Assembly: GCF_003918875.1 (NCBI RefSeq)
Contig: NW_025767077.1
Span: 868,001 to 932,000 of the forward strand
Length of the DNA: 64,000 bases
Direction: 5' to 3'
Source of the DNA: Haliotis rubra
Lineage: Eukaryota
The notes under the pieces are model-generated. The model was not told where the DNA came from, made no database searches, and saw nothing but the letters and a program-made list of their open reading frames with translations. A program made the position numbers and the translations under genes. Shown here piece by piece: positions 36,146 to 47,667 of this stretch. Each line of letters starts with the position of its first letter. Position 1 is the first letter of the stretch.

Positions 36146-36465
36146 GGTGAGGTGAGTTGAATTTGGGTTTAACGTCGTGCTTGAAAATATTTCGCTCATA
36201 TGACGACATGCATGCGTGTGTATGTGTATGTGCGGCTGCTTGTACGAGCCCAGACTGAAGCTGGTTTTATAGTGCTAGCCCACTGAGATATCACGCCACA
36301 GTGAAGCATGAATACCCCACTCAGACACATTATATCTATTCTCCGAGCCGACCAGTGCTTGTTGTACCCATTAATGCCGAGCGCCAGGCAGGCACCAACA
36401 AGTACCATATTTTAACGTCTTTTGGTATGACACGGTCGGGGATCGAACCCGCAACCTTCCGCTCC
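36146..36465 (-). mobile_element. SINE family B, 5'-truncated
   Basis: Reverse-complement similarity to ~245-556. Confidence 0.85.
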
Positions 36466-36655
36466 GTGTTAACATCTGGGTCTATTTTATCAGTGCCATC
36501 AGTGAATTTCTTTTGCCTTCAAGTATAGGTCTAACTTTACGCATAACAAACTTGAAACAAATGGACTTGTGTACATCAACATTAGAATGTTCATGACTGT
36601 ATAATTCCAAGATGTACAAAACTTCATTTAACAAGTCACCTGTAGAAATGAATAC

Positions 36656-36661
36656 TTTATT
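36656..36661 (-). terminator. Candidate polyadenylation signal AATAAA of the KRAB-like zinc-finger gene
   Basis: The minus strand reads TAA aaactg AATAAA immediately after the stop codon. Confidence 0.35.
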
Positions 36662-36667
36662 CAGTTT

Positions 36668-38145
36668 TTAACAAGGATGATGCTTCAGTTTGTGTGTGTG
36701 AAGGTTATCTGACCTAACAAATCTTTCCCCACACGTACTGCATTCATGGGGCTTGATGCCGCTGTGACATTTCATGTGTCTCAGGAGACTACCTGACTGT
36801 GTAAATCTTTTGCCACACCGCTCACACTTATATTTTTTGGTTCCACTGTGACGTGCCATATGTGTGTGGAGATCACACGATTGAGCAAATTTTCTGTCAC
36901 ACACACTGCACACAAAAGGCTTGTCACCACTGTGACACCTCATGTGTATCGTGAGAGCCATCGACTGGGCGAATCTTTTCCCACACACACTGCACAGATG
37001 AGGCTTGATTCCCCTATGGCCCCTGAGGTGTCTTTGCAGAGAGCTGGATTCTGTGAATGATCTACCACACTTTCTACATTTGTAAGGCTTTATTCCAGTG
37101 TGAATTCTTGTGTGGTTAAAAAGAGAATGTGATCGTGTGAATGTTTTCCCACACTGTTTGCACTCATGTGACTTTGTCTTGTGTTTCTTTGGTCTGCTTC
37201 TTTCCATGGATCCTATATCACTTTCTGTATCTTCTAAAGCAGCATGGCTTTCATTCTCATTGTCTTTCTCAAGGTGGCAAGTTACTTTGGATCCTATATC
37301 ACATTCTGTATCCTTTGTAGGTGTATCACGTTTACTCTTTTTGTGTTTCTTAAGTTTGCTAGTTGATACATATACTCCACATTCTGTATCTTCTGAAGCA
37401 GCATGACTTTCATTCTCATTGTCTTTCTCAAGGTGGTAAGTTACTTTGGATCCTATATCACATTCTGTATCCTTTGAAGGTGTATCACGTTTACTCTTTT
37501 TGTGTTTCTTAAGTTTGCTAGTTGATACATATCCTCCACATTCTGTTTCTTCTGAAGCAGCATGACTTTCATTCTCATTGTCTTTCTCAAGGTGGTAAGT
37601 TACTTTGGATCCTATATCACATTCTGTATCCTTTGAAGGTGTATCACGTTTACTCTTTTTGTGTTTCTTAAGTTTGCTAGTTGATACATATCCTCCACAT
37701 TCTGTTTCTTCTGAAGCAGCATGACTTTCATTCTCATTGTCTTTCTCAAGGTGGTAAGTTACTTTGGATCCTATATCACATTCTGTATCCTTTGAAGGTG
37801 TATCACGTTTACTCTTTTTGTGTTTCTTAAGTTTGCTAGTTAATACATATCCTCCACTTTCTGTATCTTCTAAAGCAATATCACTTTTACTCTTCTTGTG
37901 TTTCCTGTTATTCCTAGTAATAACTACAGATCCTCTGTCACATTCTTTTTCCTTTAAAACAGTATAGCTACTACTCTGTGTCGTGCTTTTAGTTTTCTTA
38001 GGAAAAGCTTGTAAGTTAAAGTTCTCATTGTCTGCACTTATCCTAAGTCTCACGTTTTCCCTTCCATGTATATCCTTTAGATTTATCCTTGACAACACGA
38101 CAGAGGTGACTGGACTCAAGTCACGACTGTCGTTTGGATACATGT
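36668..38145 (-). CDS. KRAB-like C2H2 zinc-finger protein (PRDM9-related), terminal coding exon 6: low-complexity repeats plus six C2H2 fingers
   Basis: 1478-nt open frame. Acceptor ttctttccag|AC (phase 1). Six CxxC-x12-HxxxH fingers with TGIKP/SGDKP-type linkers. Stop at 36668-36670. Confidence 0.93.
37208..37880 (-). repeat. Coding tandem repeat, 159 bp / 53 aa, about four units
   Basis: ggatcctatatcacattctgtatcc at 37289, 37448, 37607, 37766. Peptide DTECDIGSKVTYHLEKDNENESHAASEETECGGYVSTSKLKKHKKSKRDTPSK. Confidence 0.95.
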
Positions 38146-38609
38146 CTGGAAAGAAATTTGAAAAATACATAAAAATGTTGAAAATTAAATGTTTGACCTG
38201 AAACAGTATGATCGAAATATGACAAAAAAAATGTTATGTTCGTAACAATAATGGGGCAACAATCACTAATATACTGATGGTAAAAGGTTAGGCAACACCC
38301 ATATTTTGATAAATGATGACAAAAATAGGATTGAATGTAGCTGGATGGAGACTTTTGCATGCTTGGTTTTTGTATCTTACACAAAGGAAATAACAATGAA
38401 AATGGATTATGAGACAAAAGACAACATTTACTAACGTGATGGTGTTTATTGAGAGCAAAATAAAATGAAAGCGAAAAATACAACAAATGTCATCACTTTA
38501 CATGTTTGGAATCGATGTGAAGGAAAAATTTAAGTACGATTGGAATAGAGAGAAATGGTGCAAGAAACAAACAGTTGAATGTCTCTAGCACTGTTTCAGT
38601 GTACCGGAA

Positions 38610-39905
38610 GCAATCAGTATTCAGTGTATCCTCCTCCGAGTTTGATGACAGATGCACACCTATTGGCCATTCACCGAACCAACCTTTAAAGATTAAGGAT
38701 TATTGTGTTTCTGAGCTGATTCAAGTTGCCAACAGGATTGTCCAGTCTGGTCCTATTGCGGCCAATATCATCCCAAACATGTTCTATGGGGTTTATGTCT
38801 GGACTGACACTGGGCCATTCCAAAAATATAATTCCAAGTTGATTTTTGGCGTCCTGTACAATGCCTGCATGGTGAGGACGGGCATCGTCGTCTTGGAGGA
38901 TGAAGTGTCTGTTTGGATTGGCATGAATGTATGGCATAATTGTATTGTTAATGACGTCATTGAGGTACTTTGGACCTGTCATTGATCCCTGAACAACTTT
39001 GATGTCAACTTTATGGTCATACGTGAAACCAGCCCAAACCATTACAGATACCCCACCACCAGCAACAGTTGGCAGAACACATCTGGGGTTCAATCTGTCT
39101 CCATCAGTCCTTCTGACGCGCAAGCGACCATCAGCAACGTGAAGGTTGAATCGGGATTCGTCCGTCCATATGATACGACACTATCTTTGTAGGTTCCAAC
39201 GACGTCGTTGACAGGATCAGTCCAAACGAGCTTGCTTGTGGTAAGGGAGTAAACGAGGACTGACTGACTGAATTTGGTTTTACGCCGCTTTTAGCAATAT
39301 TCCAGCAACATCACGGCCATTAACGAGGACGCTTGAGGGGTCGTCTTGCCTGAAAACCACCGGAAATGAGACGTTTGTTCACCGTTTCCCGAGAAATGAT
39401 GATTCGGTGACTTGAAGGGATTTCTTCGAGCCAAGCCCAGTAGATAACGGTCTTCCCTGGCAGTGGTCTTCTTGGACGACCAGATCTGGGTCTATCATCA
39501 ACATCACCAGTGTTTCTGTACTTTGAAAGTAGCCTGCTCACCACACCGCAATGGAGGTTAACAGCAGCTCCAACTTGACGTAAGGACATACCAGCATGAC
39601 GCATGCCAACAATTTTTCACGTAACAGCTGACGTGACATGAGTTCGAGCTATTCTGATGTTTCTGAATATCACTTTCAATGTCACATTACTAGTGACAAA
39701 ACCATGTGACTGATGGTGGTTCCCCCATGATGCAAACGCATGGAAATCTCGTGCATGAACGTGAACATTGTGCATATTTCGTGGAGAGTCATTGATGGTG
39801 CTACATTTCAGTAACAATTGTTTGGCTAAAAAAACACACATTTCGTCAGTTATTTATCATACCACACCAATGACAGGGAAACTGTCACTTATTTACGTGC
39901 CAGGG
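38610..39905 (-). mobile_element. Decayed Tc1-family (DD34E) transposon with frameshifted transposase (~38686-39610)
   Basis: Paired-like HTH (GMSLRQVGAAVNL...RPRSGRPR), WTDESRF, VMVWAGF, QDDDARPH, WPSVSPDINPIEHVW; 34 residues between the second catalytic D and E. A truncated SINE A sits at ~39261-39320 with TSD aacgaggac. Confidence 0.92.
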
Positions 39906-41090
39906 CATTCGAAACTGTCACTTATTTACATAACAATGACAGGGAAACTGTCACTTATTTACATTACAATGACAGGGAAACTGTCACTTATTTACATAAC
40001 AATGACAGGGAAACTGTCACTTATTTACATAACAATGACAGGGAAACTGTCACTTATTTACATAACAATGACAGGGAAACTGTCACTTATTTATGATCAA
40101 TGACAGGGAAACTGTCACTTATTTACATAACATGACACAGGAAATGACTTATTTAGTACAATGACAGGAAACTGTCACTTATTTTAACAATGACAGGGAA
40201 ACTGTCACTTATTTACATAACAATGACAGGGAAACTGTCACTTATTTACATAACAATGACAGGGAAACTGTCACTTATTTACATAACAATGACAGGGAAA
40301 CTGTCACTTATTTACATATAACAATGACAGGGAAACTGTCACTTATTTATAACAATGACAGGGAAACTGTCAATGATCAATGGGAAACTGTCACTTATTT
40401 ACATAACAATGACAGGGAAACTCATTTATTTACGTACCAATGACAGGGAAACTGTCATTTATTTATGTACCAATGACAGGGAAACTGTCACTTATTTACA
40501 TAACAATGACAGGGAAACTGTCACTTATTTACATAACAATGACAGGGAAACTGTCACTTATTTACATAACAATGACAGGGAAACTGTCACTTATTTACAT
40601 AACAATGACAGGGAAACTGTCACTTATTTATGATCAATGACAGGGAAACTGTCACTTATTTACATAACAATGACAGGGAAACTGTCACTTATTTACGTAA
40701 CAATGACAGGGAAACTGTCACTTATTTACATAACAATGACAGGGAAACTGTCACTTATTTACATAACAATGACAGGGAAACTGTCACTTATTTACATAAC
40801 AATGACAGGGAAACTGTGTCATTTTATTTACATAACAATGACAGGAAACTGTCACTTATTTACATAACAATGACAGGGAAACTGTCACTTATTTATGATC
40901 AATGACAGGGAAACTGTCACTTATTTACATAACAATGACAGGGAAACTCATTTATTTACGTACCAATGACAGGGAAACTGTCATTTATTTATGTACCAAT
41001 GACAGGGAAACTGTCACTTATTTACATAACAATGACAGGGAAACTGTCACTTATTTACATAACAATGACAGGGAAACCGTCATTTATTTA
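39868..41090 (+). repeat. 33-bp minisatellite (~36 units) with an internal hairpin
   Basis: Unit acataacaatgacagggaaactgtcacttattt; tgacag-ggaaa-ctgtca is a perfect stem-loop. Confidence 0.97.
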
Positions 41091-41498
41091 TTTGTTTGGT
41101 TCTTTCTTACACTTTCAGAGCAGTTACGTGCATCATTTCATCCACCAGTCCACATGATCACTGATTCATTCCAGGGTCTAAACAAATGATCACAACGTAC
41201 TGTTTCCTACATTCTTACTTCACAGAACCCTCACATTGTCTGCAAGGACCCTAAAAACATTATAACTGGCAGTCCCCAGGACCCCATCATGGCCATGTTT
41301 GCGAGTTGAGGTAAAAACCCTGTCACGTCTCCTCTTTCAAGCTGTGATATAATAACATGGCCTGTATGATAGCACCTATTGGACAAACATCCTTTCATTT
41401 ATGTATCTTCATTTAATAATGTCTCTTTTTGACAAACTTACACAAGCAATCATCAGCCAGCAGACCAGCCTCCGTGTAGTTAGTCTGGGGTCTCTTAC

Positions 41499-41544
41499 GT
41501 TTCATCAGAGAAAGATTATCTTCACATGGATCTTTTTCAGTCAC
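41499..41544 (-). CDS. KRAB-like zinc-finger gene, coding exon 5 (VTEKDPCEDNLSLMK)
   Basis: catattcag|GTG ... AAA C|gtaaga. Phase 0 in and phase 1 out, exactly bridging exon 4 and the terminal exon. Confidence 0.7.
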
Positions 41545-41657
41545 CTGAATATGATTCACACAAACAGCTATTTACTCAAATATAACATATATATTTCATA
41601 CACAACTGAATCATACACAACTGAACCTCACCTGAACACTTCGGGAATATATCAGAT

Positions 41658-42060
41658 TAGTTGGTTGTTGTTTAACGCCACACTCAGCTGCATCCAAGCT
41701 ATATAGAGGTGGTTTGTAAACAGTTGAGTCTGGACCAGACACTACAGTGATCAACATCATGAGCGAGTTAGTGAGTTTGGTTTTACGCCGCTTGTAGCAA
41801 ATTTCCAGCAATATCACGAGGGGGGACACCAGAAATGGACTTCACACATTGTGCACATGGGGGGAATCGAACCTGCATCTTTGGCTTGACAAGCGAACGC
41901 TTTAACCACTAGGCTACCCCACAGCCCCCGATCAACATCATGAGCATTGATATGATGACGTGTCAACCAAGTCAGCGAGCCTGACCACCCGATCCAATTA
42001 GTCGCCTCTTACAACAAGCATGGGTTACTGAAGATCAATTCTAACCCGTATCTCCATGGA
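41658..42060 (-). mobile_element. SINE family C with a nested family-A SINE (~41765-41928)
   Basis: The inner element is flanked by the direct repeat gatcaacatcatgagc. Confidence 0.85.
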
Positions 42061-42382
42061 TCTATTAGATCAGAAAGGTCATACAAGATCAAAGAAGTAA
42101 AGCTGTTTATACTAGGAAGGTGTTTGTGGTACATGCAAAAACTCAATCAAATCAGCTGTCATTTTTTTCCTAAATCATGCTCATGGTGTCTCATGTAGTT
42201 TTGCTAAGGTTTAAAATAGTCATGATTCATCTTAAGTTTGGTTTCTTAGTAAACTTTGAGTTGTATATACATGTCTTTCAGTCATGATTCACAGTTTCAG
42301 CTGACATTCCTAGACTAAAAAGGATTCATTTCGAGATGTTTCCCATAATCATGATAATAATAATAATAATAATAATAATAAT

Positions 42383-43390
42383 GTGATTCTTAAAGAAAAT
42401 ATCAATATAAAATGTCGACTCTGTAATGAATTTACAGCGACTGTCCAACACCTTGTCAGTGGATGCCCTTTTTTGGCACAAACAGCATATCTTAAACGAC
42501 ATGATGCCATGTCTGTGGCTTTGACTCCAAGGTCCATCCATGGTACGACCCTGAACATGTCCAGGGCGTCATGGAAAATGATGCTTTCAAACTTCTGTGG
42601 AATAGGCCCATATACAGCCTCAGAAGAATTCCTGCCAACAAACCTGATCTTGTCCTTTTTGATAAAGCTAATGAATTTATTTATATCATTGAATTTTCTG
42701 TCCCTTTTGACAGCAATGTGATTGGCAAGATTCAGGAAAAGCATACTAAGTATGCGGACCTCGCCTTTGAATGTCGCGCTTGCATCCCAAGTACACTGTC
42801 GTCAGGCTCCCCATTGTCAGTGTAGGAAAGAAAGCCCGTCCCAACGTCCGAGACGGGTGAATTTTGTGGAGGACGGGTTAAAAATAAATCTAGTCCGTCC
42901 TCATGTCAGGTCAGTTTTAGCAAACAAATGACATATATATAATGATAATAACCTTTTTGAATATTTTTATGTTTTATTTATATTTGGAGGACAGGCTAGA
43001 TTTTGGCAGGACTGGTAAAAAATTTGACCAGCCAGTCCTGTGGACAGGCTAGATTTTCTACATCTTTCCTACACTGCCATTGTTCTCGGTGCCCTAGGTT
43101 TGGTACCTCCTGATCTCTTGGCGCAGATCAGGAGTGTGCCCGGGTTCTCCACCGGGAGCACAGCCCTTCTGACACTCTGGGTAATGCAGAAGGCTGCAGT
43201 GTTGGGGAGCCTTCATATTCTCCGTAAAGTTCTTGGTGTGTTCGACTAGGCAGTGTTTCCTGGGAGAAGTCCCATTTGCTGTCTGGGCTGCGTGTAGAGG
43301 GCCCTGAGCTGATGATGAGCCTTACCAGCCTGACTGTGCCAGGATTACCCGAACCCTCTCTGCTGCATACTATCTTTAATCTGTAAAACA
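42383..43390 (+). mobile_element. 5'-truncated RLE non-LTR retrotransposon (R4/Dong-like) inserted at a (TAA)n tract
   Basis: CCHC knuckle CRLCNEFTATVQHLVSGC, RHD, KPDLV, IIEFSVP, PIVLGALG, QKAAVLGSLHILRKVL* (stop at 43247-43249). (TAA)n at ~42355-42382 and taataat at ~43391. Confidence 0.88.
42818..43076. mobile_element. MITE with 14-bp perfect TIR and 7-bp TSD (P-superfamily-like), nested in the retrotransposon
   Basis: cagtgtaggaaaga ... tctttcctacactg. TSD ccattgt at 42811-42817 and 43077-43083. Empty site in the sister copy near 32862. Confidence 0.85.
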
Positions 43391-43501
43391 TAATAATAGC
43401 ATATTTGTAAAGCGCTTATATCCATGCTTTTGCATGCTCAAAGCACACAAATAAAAATGCAAGTAAGGAAAAGAGTTACAATCAAGGATTGTGGGTGTTA
43501 C

Positions 43502-43587
43502 CTTGGATGTTGAGTGCATGTCATTCTTCTTCAGTCTCAGTCTGGTTGTACAGTCTGGTGCCTCATACGGCACAAGAGGCTTCGATG
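43502..43587 (-). CDS. KRAB-like zinc-finger gene, coding exon 4 (ASKPLVPYEAPDCTTRLRLKKNDMHSTSK)
   Basis: aaatttcag|CA ... AAG|gtaaca. Phase 1 in, phase 0 out, open frame. Confidence 0.75.
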
Positions 43588-43699
43588 CTGAAATTTATAA
43601 CAAGGAATTATGAGCATCACCATTACCAGTGGAATACTGTACACATCAGAACCTGGAGTGCATGAGTCAACATTTAGTCACATCAGCAATGTTTCTGCC

Positions 43700-44258
43700 A
43701 TATACAGACAGCAGGATGTTGGACAGATATACAGACAGCAGGATGTGGGACAGATATACAGACAGCAGGATGTGGGACAGATATATAGACAGCAGGATGT
43801 GGGACAGATATATAGACAGCAGGATGTGGGACAGATATACAGACAGCAGGATGTGGGACAGATATACAGACAGCAGGATGTGGGACAGATATATAGACAG
43901 CAGGATGTGGGACAGATATATAGACAGCAGGATGTGGGACAGATATATAGACAGCAGGATGTGGGACAGATATACAGACAGCAGGATGTTGGACAGATAT
44001 ATAGACAGCAGGATGTGGGACAGATATATAGACAGCAGGATGTGGGACAGGATGGGACAGATATAGACAGCAGGGATGTGGGACAGATATATAGACAGCA
44101 GGATGTGGGACAGATATATAGACAGCAGGATGTGGGACAGATATATAGACAGCAGGATGTGGGACAGATATATAGACAGCAGGATGTGGGACAGATATAT
44201 AGACAGCAGGATGTGGGACAGATATATAGACAGCAGGATGTGGGACAGATATATAGAT
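43700..44258 (+). repeat. 27-bp minisatellite (~20 units), intronic
   Basis: Unit acagatata(t/c)agacagcaggatgtggg. Confidence 0.97.
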
Positions 44259-44759
44259 AGTGGGTGTTGTTTGGTGTTGGTTTCTTGAGTAAATATTCCA
44301 GTGATCTTGGCCTGTAAACTGTCATGTATAATGTAAGGGACACCGATATTATGACAGGGCTCCAGATAAGGGCCATACCAGCATATGTACAGATAAACAA
44401 TATGCACAATACGGTAGGAAATGATTTAGAAAACGTAGCAGATATGCACCACAGCAATGGTATACTGTCTGAGAATCACAGACGTATTTATCAGAAAAAA
44501 TAGTATTGTTTTATTTTTCATTGACCTGTTTACACAAGACTAGCAATGTTGTGGTGCAAATATAAATGAAACAAGAATATTTGGGGCGAGGTGTCTAAGG
44601 TGTCGGGCTAGTGATTATTATATGGTCTCTGGGCTGACCTACCCCATGTCCCCCTTGTGACCAGTGAACACCTTCTAATCAACATTGCTTGAAAGTTTAG
44701 TAATACATGTACCTGTGTTGCCAAGATAGTAGCAGACATGTATACAGTACGGCTGAAGG

Positions 44760-45099
44760 GTACCCCAGGTACGTTTCTGTATACAGAAATGTACCCTAGC
44801 CAAAATCAGAATACAGAAACGTACCCTTGGAAGATTCCATTCTGTATTGTGGAGTTTTCTTCATTGGAACGGTCATACTATTGTATTAGATGCATTTGAT
44901 TGCGTTATATAAGAGCATACACAGTATAACGAATATTTCCTGGTGCACAACGTACACCACTCGCAATCAACTGAACGGGAACAACTACATACGGTTTCGG
45001 TTTTGGGTTGCTCGTCCGTCGTTTAGGGTACTGGGTACGTTTCTGTAGTTTGTCTTTGTTTAGGGTACATGTCTGTATACAGAAACGTACCTGGGGTAC
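44760..45099. mobile_element. MITE-like element with a 39-bp near-perfect inverted repeat
   Basis: gtaccccaggtacgtttctgtatacagaaatgtacccta (44760-44798) versus 45061-45099, one mismatch. Confidence 0.65.
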
Positions 45100-45247
45100 A
45101 TATCTGTAGTACCTGTGCCGACAACGACCACTTATGGCCACGTACCGACGACCCTTCAAGCAGCGTAAATAAAACACGATAATAAAACTGAAACAAACAG
45201 CGTTAAACACGGAATTGGAAAGTCGTCCCTATCCTATACAGATTTAC

Positions 45248-45406
45248 CTCGAGCACTCCTTCTAACAGTAGTATGATGTTCCGAAATTTCGTCAGCATCA
45301 ATCGAAACAGAACTATTATCGTCGTCCTTCATCACTGGCTTCATCGTTTTCCTTTTCTTTTCCACTCTAGGAGTCTTCATGAAATCTGGCTTCATTACCG
45401 GCATAC
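45248..45406 (-). CDS. KRAB-like zinc-finger gene, coding exon 3 (GMPVMKPDFMKTPRVEKKRK...RRSAR)
   Basis: cctgttgaag|GT ... CGA G|gtaaat; 159 nt, phase 1 to phase 1. KPDFM corresponds to the PxFM motif that follows the KRAB-A box in PRDM9/SSX. Confidence 0.85.
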
Positions 45407-45962
45407 CTTCAACAGGAAACATAACCAGTTGCATTCAGTCTCTTAGTTATCTTGGTCTTTAGCGGTTTTTGATTGGGATACACGTTTTTAAAAAATTAAC
45501 GAAGGGAGGTAACTTTAAAAACAATACCGACACAAATTGCAGCCCTCTTGAAAGTTAATGCCACGACACTAAAATGTCGGCGTTTCACTTAATTTGTCCT
45601 TTTAAGTCTTGAAGACTACAATAATAACTCCAATATATTACTGGATACTTTATCATGTCTTTGGGTGAAGTGTTGGATAAATTGACAATATAGTTTCAGA
45701 GGTGTGACGATACAGAAATTTCACGATACGATACCATACGATTCGATGCAATATCACGATATATCTTTAGTTTTTTTCTTGAAAAAAAGTATATTTTGAC
45801 ATCAAGTAACTATGTAAATTTTGACATAAACGTCAATTTTCTAGTGAAAATTAACAATTTTAAAGTCAACGAAACATATCACGACACGAAAAAAAATATC
45901 AATATATACTTCCGTTCAAAAGTTTAGACTCACTTAAAACACTCACTGTATATGTTATGTTA

Positions 45963-46008
45963 TGTGTGTGTGCGTGCGCGCGTGTGTGTGTGTGTGTGTG
46001 GGGGGGGG
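45963..46008. repeat. (TG)n/(CG)n microsatellite plus a G run
   Basis: tgtgtgtgtgcgtgcgcgcgtgtgtgtg...ggggggggg. Confidence 0.8.
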
Positions 46009-46599
46009 AATGTAACTTCGAAGATTGATTTCTCCACTAACTTGGGGCAACCAAATGCAATCCTTATGCATATGAATCGCATGAGCATCATGCATCAAAT
46101 AGGTGAAAAGCATGTGCAAATATCGTGCATGTGAACAGCTGCATTTTGGTGTTAAGGTTTGTTAAGATTTCGCCAATTTTAACTGATTTTTATCATTTAC
46201 TAAACTCATGACGATAATTTTTTCAACGTTACGAATTTGTTTTACAATACATCAGTTCATATGTAAACAGTACCTTTAAACAGTACGGAATATTTTGCAA
46301 AGTTTAGTTTCGAACAGTTGCCTGCAGTAAGTTGCTATATTTACACTAGTGAGTGTAAACGTTTAATGGGAAATATATACATTTAACGTCAGTATCAGGA
46401 TTATCGATCAATACAACGTCACAGCTCTATTAATTAGGTCACAACGTTTAAACTGCACGTGCTCACTTGCACAAGGCGATCACAGCTCGAAAGTCAACCT
46501 GACTCCTTTTCAACATTGACTTATGATGGTCAGTGCTATCTTTGCCTTGAGAAACGACGGCCATGAACGTCACTTATTTCTACAAAATCAGTGAATTAC

Positions 46600-46777
46600 C
46601 TAAAAGCGCCATCATTTCGTAGCTCTTCCTCATGTTTCTCAGTCTCAGCTTCTCATACTCAGACAATGCTGCCATTTGATGTTCAGTGAAGTACTTGTCT
46701 ATGTCCCCCCACACGTGGCTCTCCATTTCTCTGAAATTAGCCACCGGCTCACCAGACCCTTTGAAAGTGGGTATTGC
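46600..46777 (-). CDS. KRAB-like zinc-finger gene, coding exon 2: ancestral (PRDM9/SSX-type) KRAB domain
   Basis: WGDIDKYFTEHQMAALSEYEKLRLRNMRKSYEMMALLG aligns with PRDM9 KRAB (FxDIxxYFTxEEWxxxxxWEKxRYRNxKRNYxxLxxxG). Acceptor tttttcag|GCA; phase-1 donor inside the terminal Gly codon. Confidence 0.9.
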
Positions 46778-47129
46778 CTGAAAAATATAAGTGCGGTAAT
46801 ACAACAACAACATAACTAACTTTTTTCAGTTTTGCAATTTTTTATCTAGCATGACTACAAAGCTTATCGCATATAATAATGACGTTTTGTCTATAGGGTA
46901 CAGCTTGACCTTGTATAACGCCTCTTTAGACCAAACGTACATTCTGAGGAAATGCTAAAATAAAATAATAAAATAGGCCCTATAGACATGCCGCCTTTAG
47001 TAAGAGACATAAATTTACTCATGGACACTGAAACCTTTTTTTCTTTCACTTTTTATTTCAGCACTTCGGGGTTACATGTGATACAGAAGAAGTATATTCA
47101 GGAACAAAGTTTCTGTTACATTTGATATA

Positions 47130-47362
47130 CCCCGTGAAGATCCGGGTTAGAATATTGATCTTCAGCAACCCACGCTTGTTGTAAGAGGCGACAGGATCAC
47201 TGACTTGGTTGACACATGTCATCGGTTCCCAATTGCACAGATCGATGCCCATGCTGTTGATCACTGGATTGTCTGGATCAGACTCGATTATTTACAGACC
47301 GCCGCCATATAGCTGGAATATTGCTGAGTGCGGCGTAAAACATTTAAACTCACTCACTCACT
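47130..47362 (+). mobile_element. SINE family C
   Basis: cccgtgaagatccgggttagaat...gcggcgtaaaacatttaaactcactcactcact. Confidence 0.85.
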
Positions 47363-47667
47363 GTTACATATACATAGCTCCCCTTTTTAGGCCCCGAAAT
47401 TTTACACCCCACCCCACCCCCCCCAACATATTAATACCTTGGTGCATTTGCCTGGTACATTAATAAAACTTGTCAAGAAACTAACTAACTACGCACGCAC
47501 GCACGAACAGGCACTGCGGACTTTAATCCCACACCACATAAAACTGACACAGTAATTAAGTTATAACTGAAATTCATTTCAGAGTCTTACTGAATCCCTC
47601 ACTATCACATACGTGATTAGTTCACACACCCATGACAACAATATTAATAAAATCTAACTGTACTTAC

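Noticed and set aside
39868-41090. CRISPR-like array (33-bp repeat with hairpin)
   Set aside because: Units are contiguous with no unique spacers, there are no cas genes, and the context is a eukaryotic intron.
41111-41342. Extra exon, possibly PR/SET, between coding exons 5 and 6 (AG and GT-AAG sites present on the minus strand)
   Set aside because: Stops occur in all three frames and there are no SET motifs; exon 5 already matches the terminal exon in phase.
43610-44457. Cys-rich (YICPTSCCL)n metallothionein/keratin-like ORF and (RQQDVGQIY)n ORF
   Set aside because: By-products of an intronic 27-bp minisatellite that is open in several frames on both strands.
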